A program made the translations under genes and the position numbers. A model generated the notes under the pieces. That model was not told the DNA's origin. It saw only the letters and a program-made list of their open reading frames with translations, and did no database searches. DNA of 64,000 bases from an uncultured Sangeribacter sp. (GTDB taxonomy: Bacteria; Bacteroidota; Bacteroidia; Bacteroidales; Muribaculaceae), in the NCBI GenBank assembly GCA_964425935.1, contig CAYROR010000007.1, forward strand, positions 1,629-65,628, read 5' to 3'. This document shows positions 9,662-16,226 of this stretch, piece after piece (position 1 is the first letter of the stretch; every line of letters begins with the position of its first letter).

Positions 9662-10525
9662 ATGAACGAGAATACGCCTTTACCATTTGCCTCCTCGCAA
9701 GACAATGAGATAATCCTCTACCAGCCTGACTCAACGATTAAGCTTGAAGTTAGACTGGAGAATGAAACTGTATGGCTGACCCAGCAGCAGATGACAGAAT
9801 TGTTCCAAACTTCTAAACAGAATGTCAGTCTTCATGTCAACAATATATTTAAATAAGGAGAGTTGGATAGTAATTCAGTTGTCAAGGATTCCTTGACAAC
9901 TGCCTCCGACGGTAAGAAATATAAGACAAAATATTATAACCTAGATGTTATAATATCTGTTGGATATAGAGTGAAGTCTCTGAGAGGTACACAGTTCCGT
10001 CAATGGGCTACCAATGTGTTGCGGGAGTATCTCATGAAAGGTTATGCTGTGTCTCAACGCTTTGAGAGGTTGGAGTATCGAATGGCAAAGACGGAAGAAA
10101 AGATTGATTTTATTATTAATACCTCCCTTCCACCCCGGGAGGGGATCTTTTTTGAGGGTCAGATATTCGATGCCTATACCCTGATGTGTGATCTGGTTCG
10201 AAGTGCCAGGAGGCGTATTGTCATGATCGACAATTACATCGACGACACGGTGTTCCGTCAGCTTGCCAAGCGAGCGCCAGGGGTTTCTGCCCTCATATTT
10301 ACGCCTACCGTCAGCCGCACATTGCAACAGGACCTCGAACGCCATAATCATCAATATCCCCCTATAGAAATCAAGACCTATCGCAAGGCCCACGACCGTT
10401 TCCTTATCGTAGATGATTCCGTCTATCATGTCGGCGCCTCCTTCAAGGATTTAGGCAAGAAACTATTCGCGTTTTCCAGAATGGAAGCCATGTCAGCCGA
10501 CGAACTTCTCAGCCACCTTGACTAA
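9662..10525 (+). pseudogene. RhuM-like DNA-binding protein with PLD-like domain, interrupted by one in-frame TAA (array gene 3)
   Basis: ORFs 9662-9856 and 9863-10525 share a frame; NIFK*GELD with TAA at 9854-9856; ETVWLTQQQM, YNLDVIISVGYRVKSLRGTQFRQWA and HDRFLIVD motifs. Confidence 0.85.
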
Positions 10526-10596
10526 TCAGTCGCCACCACTATGCCCCAGCATCTCCCTCTAGGGGGAATACCACGATCTAACACCATCGCTAAGTG

Positions 10597-10889
10597 CCAC
10601 CCTTCCAGGGTGGTATGGTGGTTGTGACGGGCACCCCGGGTTTCACCCGGGGATAATGTTCTTATCCCCCTGGAAGGGGGAGGTTTTGCGATTTAACAAG
10701 CTGAATGATAGCGGATAGTAAGCCCCGGATGGAGTTGCAGGATATTATCTCCCTTTCAGAGGAGGGCCCCACTCTCTAACCCCGTTGATATAGCCTATAT
10801 GTAGCCCCGGAGGGGGCGTTAAGAATATTAACCGCGGGTGAAACCCGCGGTCTGCTCCCCCTCACCCCTCCGATCCCGGAGGGATCGAA
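10597..10889. repeat. REP-like spacer: B(-) / linker / A(+)
   Basis: B 10597-10682, degenerate A near 10721, A 10803-10889. Confidence 0.88.
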
Positions 10890-10964
10890 CATCACCCTGA
10901 GAACTAACCATAAAAACCTCCCGCCATTAGCACTATAATATTAGAAAATTGCTAATTTTGCAGA

Positions 10965-11858
10965 ATGAACGAGAATACGCCTTTACCATTTGCCTCTTCG
11001 CAAGATAATGAGATAATCCTCTACCAGCCTGACTCAACCATTAAGCTTGAAGTTAGGCTGGAGAATGAAACTGTATGGCTCAACCGCCAACAAATTGCCA
11101 CTCTCTTTGATCGAGATGTTAAGACAATTGGCAAACATATTGCCAACGCTTTAAAAGAGGAACTTGAGGGTGCTTCAGTTGTCGCAAAATTTGCGACAAC
11201 TGCTGCAGATGGGAAAACATACCAAGTAGAATATTATAATATAGAGATGATTACCTCTATCGGGTACAGAGTAAAATCTAAAAGAGGTATTCAATTTAGA
11301 GCGTGGGCTAACAAGGTGTTGAGGGACTATCTCCTGAAAGGATACAGTATAAATCAGCGTTTATTCCACATGGAAAGACGGCTTGACCATAGGCTCTCGG
11401 AGCATGACAGTCAAATAAAGGAGCTGAGCGACAGAATGGATTTCTTCGTTCGTACTACTCTTCCACCCCGGGAGGGGATCTTTTTTGAGGGTCAGATATT
11501 CGATGCCTATACCTTGATGTGTGATCTGGTTCGAAGTGCCAGGAGGCGTATTGTCATGATCGACAATTACATCGACGACACGGTGTTCCGTCAGCTTGCC
11601 AAGCGAGCGCCAGGGGTTTCTGCCCTCATATTTACGCCTACCGTCAGCCGCACATTGCAACAGGACCTCGAACGCCATAATCATCAATATCCCCCTATAG
11701 AAATCAAGACCTATCGCAAGGCCCACGACCGTTTCCTTATCGTAGATGATTCCGTCTATCATGTCGGCGCCTCCTTCAAGGATTTAGGCAAGAAACTATT
11801 CGCGTTTTCCAGAATGGAAGCCATGTCAGCCGACGAACTTCTCAGCCATCTTGACTAA
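10965..11858 (+). CDS. RhuM-like DNA-binding protein with C-terminal PLD-like domain (array gene 4)
   Basis: ETVWLNRQQIATLF...YYNIEMITSIGYRVKSKRGIQFRAWA; C-terminal HDRFLIVD...VGASFKDLG almost identical to gene 3. Confidence 0.88.
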   Translation: MNENTPLPFASSQDNEIILYQPDSTIKLEVRLENETVWLNRQQIATLFDRDVKTIGKHIANALKEELEGASVVAKFATTAADGKTYQVEYYNIEMITSIGYRVKSKRGIQFRAWANKVLRDYLLKGYSINQRLFHMERRLDHRLSEHDSQIKELSDRMDFFVRTTLPPREGIFFEGQIFDAYTLMCDLVRSARRRIVMIDNYIDDTVFRQLAKRAPGVSALIFTPTVSRTLQQDLERHNHQYPPIEIKTYRKAHDRFLIVDDSVYHVGASFKDLGKKLFAFSRMEAMSADELLSHLD

Positions 11859-11944
11859 TCAGTCGCCACCACTACGCCCCAGCATCTCCCTCCACGGCCT
11901 AATACTATCGCTAAGTGCCACCCCTCCAGGGTAGCAATGCGGAA

Positions 11945-12355
11945 CGGGGGCTACGGGTCGCTACCGCTCCCTGCACGGGAGGGCAATGCTGACACGGGGA
12001 GGGGAGCTGGCGCTCCCCCTCAAGGAGGGGGGCGGGGGCTACGGGTCGCTACCGCTCCCTGCACGGGTGGCAATGCTGGCACGAGGGAGGGTCGCTACCG
12101 CTCCCTGCACGGGTGGCAATGCTGGCACGAGGGAGGGGAGCTACCGCTCCCAGCACGGGAGGGCAATGCTGACACGGGGAGGGGAGCTGGCGCTCCCCCT
12201 CAAGGAGGGGGGCGGGGGCTACGGGTCGCTACCGCTCCCTGCACGGGTGGCAATGCTGGCACGAGGGAGGGTCGCTACCGCTCCCTGCACGGGTGGCAAT
12301 GCTGGCACGAGGGAGGGGAGCTACCGCTCCCAGCACGGGAGGGCAATGCTGACAT
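11945..12355. repeat. GC-rich tandem repeat, 180-bp higher-order unit of 46/42/46/46-bp subunits
   Basis: Lines 12001-12174 recur at 12181-12354; core GCTACCGCTCCC (or a variant) at 11960, 12006, 12048, 12094, 12140 and onward. Confidence 0.92.
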
Positions 12356-12471
12356 GGGGGCTATTTCCTTGATATGATTTTTTCTGGGGTGAGGGTGGAA
12401 AATTGAAGGGAAGATTTTCCGGTGGTCCGGGATTTTTTGCTAATTTTGTGCGTTTGTTTAACTGTAAAATC

Positions 12472-13260
12472 ATGAAATCGATGAATAAGATTCTTTCAGT
12501 GTCTTTATTGACTCTGGTGGCTGCAGGCAACATGGCGGCTCAGGAAGTGGCGAAAAAGTATCCCGAAACTGAGAAGATGCGCCCGGGAATGAGCGAATAC
12601 TGGACCCCACAGCCGAAGGTGGTGACGCCGGGTAACATCGCCACAAATTCAGCTCCTTCTGATGCGATAGTGCTTTTCGACGGAACCAATCTTGACGCCT
12701 GGAAAAGTTCCCGTACAGGTAACGCTGCGGAATGGGATCTCCACGACGGCGTCATGACCGTCAACAAGAGCAAGGGCGATATTCAGACGAAGGATAATTT
12801 CGACAGTTTCCAGCTTCATCTGGAGTGGATGGTGCCGGAGAACATTTCAGGTGAAAGCCAGGGACGCGGAAACAGCGGAGTGTATCTGCAAGGGATGTAT
12901 GAGGTGCAGATTCTTGACTGCTATGACAATGAGACATACGTCAATGGCATGACGGGATCGATCTACAAGCAGAAAGCCCCCACGGCCAACGTGATGCGTA
13001 AGCCCGGGGAGTGGAACGTCTACGATATCATCTATTCTTCTCCTGTTTTCAATGAAGATGGATCGTATAAGGTGCATCCAAAGGTGACGGTTATCCAGAA
13101 TGGATGCGTGATAGTGAACGATTATGAGATTCAGGGCACAACAGAATATGTTGGTTTCCCCCGGGTTGTGAAACATGGAGACGGCCCGATCATCCTTCAG
13201 AGCCACGGCGATCCAAGTGAGCCGATCAGTTTCCGCAACATTTGGCTACGTCCTCTCTGA
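12472..13260 (+). CDS. DUF1080 (3-keto-disaccharide hydrolase-like) exported protein
   Basis: PSDAIVLFDG, LHLEW, RGNSGVYL..YEVQILD, LQSHG...FRNIWLR motifs; start moved to ATG 12472 behind TAATTTTG at 12441-12448 (12481 also possible). Confidence 0.88.
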   Translation: MKSMNKILSVSLLTLVAAGNMAAQEVAKKYPETEKMRPGMSEYWTPQPKVVTPGNIATNSAPSDAIVLFDGTNLDAWKSSRTGNAAEWDLHDGVMTVNKSKGDIQTKDNFDSFQLHLEWMVPENISGESQGRGNSGVYLQGMYEVQILDCYDNETYVNGMTGSIYKQKAPTANVMRKPGEWNVYDIIYSSPVFNEDGSYKVHPKVTVIQNGCVIVNDYEIQGTTEYVGFPRVVKHGDGPIILQSHGDPSEPISFRNIWLRPL

Positions 13261-13392
13261 CATATCCTCCTGCCATTAGCCGTAGAGGGTGCTTAACAGA
13301 TGCCCCGGAAACACAGCTTGTACCATTTTCTATGATACCGACAGATCCGTATGGGCCGAGGTTTGGGGTCAAATTTGTATGGGTATAAAATT

Positions 13393-13427
13393 AAATCCGC
13401 CGTAACTTTGTGAGTTACAGCGGATTT
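13393..13427 (-). terminator. Hairpin downstream of tRNA-Ser
   Basis: AAATCCGC..GTAAC / GTTAC..GCGGATTT stem with an A/T-rich flank. Confidence 0.6.
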
Positions 13428-13438
13428 GCTTTAATAAT

Positions 13439-13526
<88 letters not shown>

Positions 13527-13616
13527 TGGCTTATGAACAGCCAAGGCTTCGCGCCTCTACCGCCCATTTGCACTGCAAAGTTACAACTTTTTTCGTTATC
13601 CTGCAAATTTTAAAGA

Positions 13617-13644
13617 CAGCCCCGCAAATTTTTTTGCGGGGCTG
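13617..13644. terminator. Perfect hairpin ending the caspase operon
   Basis: CAGCCCCGCAAA-TTTT-TTTGCGGGGCTG. Confidence 0.7.
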
Positions 13645-13664
13645 ACGGTGTCCAGGGCTTTTCA

Positions 13665-15326
13665 TTATTTTGAATAGACGTAGTCGATCGTTGGAGGCGT
13701 GGTCTCAAACTGACGCATACACATTCCGGTGTTCGAGCCGAGATAAGTGGGATCGGAGATGAAGAAAGTCTTTCCGTTGTGTGAATAGCTGGTGCCTTTC
13801 ACGTCCTTGCCGGGAAGCGACACGGATGCGCTCTCATGTCCCGGGAAGGCAAGAAGATGATTTTCCACTCCGAGAGCGTTCCAGAGCAGATAGGTGTAGA
13901 AGATTGCTCTGTCTTCGCAGTCGTTCTTGGGATAGTAGAGATTTTCCTCAAGGAAGTAGGGCTTCTCGAAGCCGTGGAAGTCATCATCGGTGGCATACTG
14001 GAATCCAGACTGCACGAACTGAAGGAGTTCGTCTGTGGCCTTCAGCATGTCTTTCCCACCGAGCTGTTGCTTCACCTGATCCACAAGACTCTCACGCAGA
14101 TCTTTGTCGAGCACACACTTGGCATATTCTCCTGTTGACATCTGCGGGTAACGGTAGACCACAGGCATCAGGTTTTCGTTGACTTTTCCGGATAGATGCA
14201 TATCTCCATGGTTCACGTCGAACTGGCGGTCTTTGCGGGGGAGGTTGAGGCCATCGATGAGCATGTTGAATTTCTTGCCGGAGCTCGCACCCTTCGGAAG
14301 GTCGCACGTTGCAAGGGTGCTTCCCGCGAGATTTGCGTTGCGGCCCCCGAGCACATAGAAATTCTCTCCTCCGAGATTCATATATGTGACGGCATAAAGC
14401 TTCTGTTCCGCCGGGATGAGGATGATGGGGTCGCCGGATTTGGTGGCAACGGCAATTCTGGCGTTGAATCCGAGGTTTGCCAGCATATAGTGCACCGCCG
14501 ACATTTTCGGTGATTTTCCGGAGTTCGGGAATTTTGAATCCATGTAGGCACAGAGAAACTCAAACTTAAGATAGTCGTTCAGCCCAAGTTTATCCATCAC
14601 GGGCATAAGAGCCTCCTCGATCTTTTCTGCAGCATCCTGCTCATCGAGAGTTTTCCAATGGCGGGCGAAGTCTGACACCTTGTCAAGACTCTCGCTGATT
14701 TTGAAATCGATCATCGGAACGGCAATCTGCATCCCGTAGAAATCAACGACCTCTTTCCCGGTCATATCTTCCTCTTCCACAGGCGTTGACTCGGTTTCCT
14801 CCTCCATTGGCGGAATTACCGGGAGGGGAGTCTTGCTTACGCCAAGAACCGGAGCGCCCATGTCTGGACGAACGTTGAGAGTGAGAGGAATCTCCTTTAT
14901 AGCCTCCGGGGGAGTTTCCGCTTTGGGAGTGTCAAAGGGGGAGGGGGGGAGTTTGGGTTCTCCCGGTTGGGGTGCAGGATCGGGAGCCGGAATATCAACC
15001 TTCGGGATGTCGGCAAGTTTCGGATCCGGCATCTTGACAGGTGTTGTGGAGGGCTTGCTGAGGTTCACGCTCGGCACCTTCACCGGTTTCGGGGTTTCCG
15101 TTTTGGTCATCGGTTCCAGCGGTTCATACTCATGCCACTTACCCTCGAGAAAGTCGGCATAGTGTTCGAGCACGGTGTGGCGGAATTCCTGATACCTGTC
15201 AAGGACTCCTCTTCTGAATTCCTCAAACGAAGCCGTGATGCTCTGTTTCGGCTGCGACTGTGCAGAGGCCGCCGATGCGAGCAGGCATGATAAGGCGAGA
15301 GTTATAATCTTTTTCATGAGAATCAT
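13665..15326 (-). CDS. Exported protein with Pro-rich linker and transglutaminase-like Cys-protease domain
   Basis: Signal peptide ASA-Q; putative triad NDCEDRA / FPGHES / ISDPT. Confidence 0.65.
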   Translation of the reverse strand: MILMKKIITLALSCLLASAASAQSQPKQSITASFEEFRRGVLDRYQEFRHTVLEHYADFLEGKWHEYEPLEPMTKTETPKPVKVPSVNLSKPSTTPVKMPDPKLADIPKVDIPAPDPAPQPGEPKLPPSPFDTPKAETPPEAIKEIPLTLNVRPDMGAPVLGVSKTPLPVIPPMEEETESTPVEEEDMTGKEVVDFYGMQIAVPMIDFKISESLDKVSDFARHWKTLDEQDAAEKIEEALMPVMDKLGLNDYLKFEFLCAYMDSKFPNSGKSPKMSAVHYMLANLGFNARIAVATKSGDPIILIPAEQKLYAVTYMNLGGENFYVLGGRNANLAGSTLATCDLPKGASSGKKFNMLIDGLNLPRKDRQFDVNHGDMHLSGKVNENLMPVVYRYPQMSTGEYAKCVLDKDLRESLVDQVKQQLGGKDMLKATDELLQFVQSGFQYATDDDFHGFEKPYFLEENLYYPKNDCEDRAIFYTYLLWNALGVENHLLAFPGHESASVSLPGKDVKGTSYSHNGKTFFISDPTYLGSNTGMCMRQFETTPPTIDYVYSK

Positions 15327-16216
15327 TTGGGAAAGAGTTTGAGATTAATCTGCTTCACACCCATTTTCGGATCGTTCTTCCGGTTTTTGACAAGCCACTT
15401 CGAAAAATCCTCCTCCTTTATGAAGGGGAGGCCATTCGGCGCAGAGGGCTTGTTCATGACCGGAGCCGAGAAAGAATTGGGCGAGAAGAGCACGTAGAGC
15501 TTATTGAATTCGATTTCTCCGTCTGTGGAGATCTCAAAGGCGTCGATATCTCCGAATTCTCCGGATGCCTTGGTGTCGTCGAAGAAGACATAGTCGTGAT
15601 CCTTCTTGACTTTAACTTCCTGGCGAGAATCCGAGATATAGGGGAGGATCTTGAATACCTCTCCGTTTTCCTGCATCAGGAACACCGCGAGATAGCCGTC
15701 TGTCGGAGCCGTGAAGTAAAGATTCATCTGGTCTCCCTGATGATATTCTGTTGAAGCGTTGCCTTTGGTGTTGCCGTTTCTGAGAGCCACGGCCTCGAAA
15801 TCAACAGCATCGTTGGAAATCGCTTTGGCAGTGCCCGACACCCTGCAGTTCACGATGAGGCAATCGTCATTTCCGAGTGAAACCACATAAACGGGATCTC
15901 CGTCGTCGGCTATCCATTCCCCTTTGACTTCAGTGGAAGACAGGGAAAGGAATTTAGTGTTTTCTCCATCTGAACCCACACGATCAGCCTGAAGGATATC
16001 CTGAGATACGATGGTTCCGAATTCCGAAGATATGGCATCGAGCCGAGCCCCTTCGAGAGCTTTTCGCTTGCTCATTGCGGGGGAGTCGTTCTTATCGCCA
16101 TAGTAGGTGTAGTTGCCCTTGACTTTCTTCACCGGGGAGTCGGCAAAGGCAGTGGCTCCCCCCGAGAGGGAAGCCGCTGCTATTGCAATTGCTATTGTTC
16201 TGATTACGTTATTCAT
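15323..16216 (-). CDS. Exported DUF4384-domain protein
   Basis: Signal peptide; YHQGDQMNLYFTAPTDGYLAVFL...ILPY motif typical of DUF4384. Confidence 0.7.
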   Translation of the reverse strand: MNNVIRTIAIAIAAASLSGGATAFADSPVKKVKGNYTYYGDKNDSPAMSKRKALEGARLDAISSEFGTIVSQDILQADRVGSDGENTKFLSLSSTEVKGEWIADDGDPVYVVSLGNDDCLIVNCRVSGTAKAISNDAVDFEAVALRNGNTKGNASTEYHQGDQMNLYFTAPTDGYLAVFLMQENGEVFKILPYISDSRQEVKVKKDHDYVFFDDTKASGEFGDIDAFEISTDGEIEFNKLYVLFSPNSFSAPVMNKPSAPNGLPFIKEEDFSKWLVKNRKNDPKMGVKQINLKLFPK

Positions 16217-16226
16217 ATCGGGTCAA

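Noticed and set aside
6161-10889. CRISPR array interpretation of the regularly spaced palindromic repeats
   Set aside because: The intervening sequences are themselves repeated rather than unique spacers, the units are ~87 and ~311 bp, and no cas genes are present.
6339-11858. Diversity-generating retroelement (TR/VR) explanation for the paralogue pairs
   Set aside because: The differences are not adenine-specific, both copies are full genes, and there is no reverse transcriptase in the window.
6161-11858. Classical integron with attC sites
   Set aside because: There is no intI, each gene has its own promoter, and the repeats are triple short hairpins without RYYYAAC/GTTRRRY ends.
11937-12377. 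ORFs 11937-12377 and 11986-12372
   Set aside because: They are translations of the GC-rich tandem repeat, open in several frames simply for lack of stop codons.
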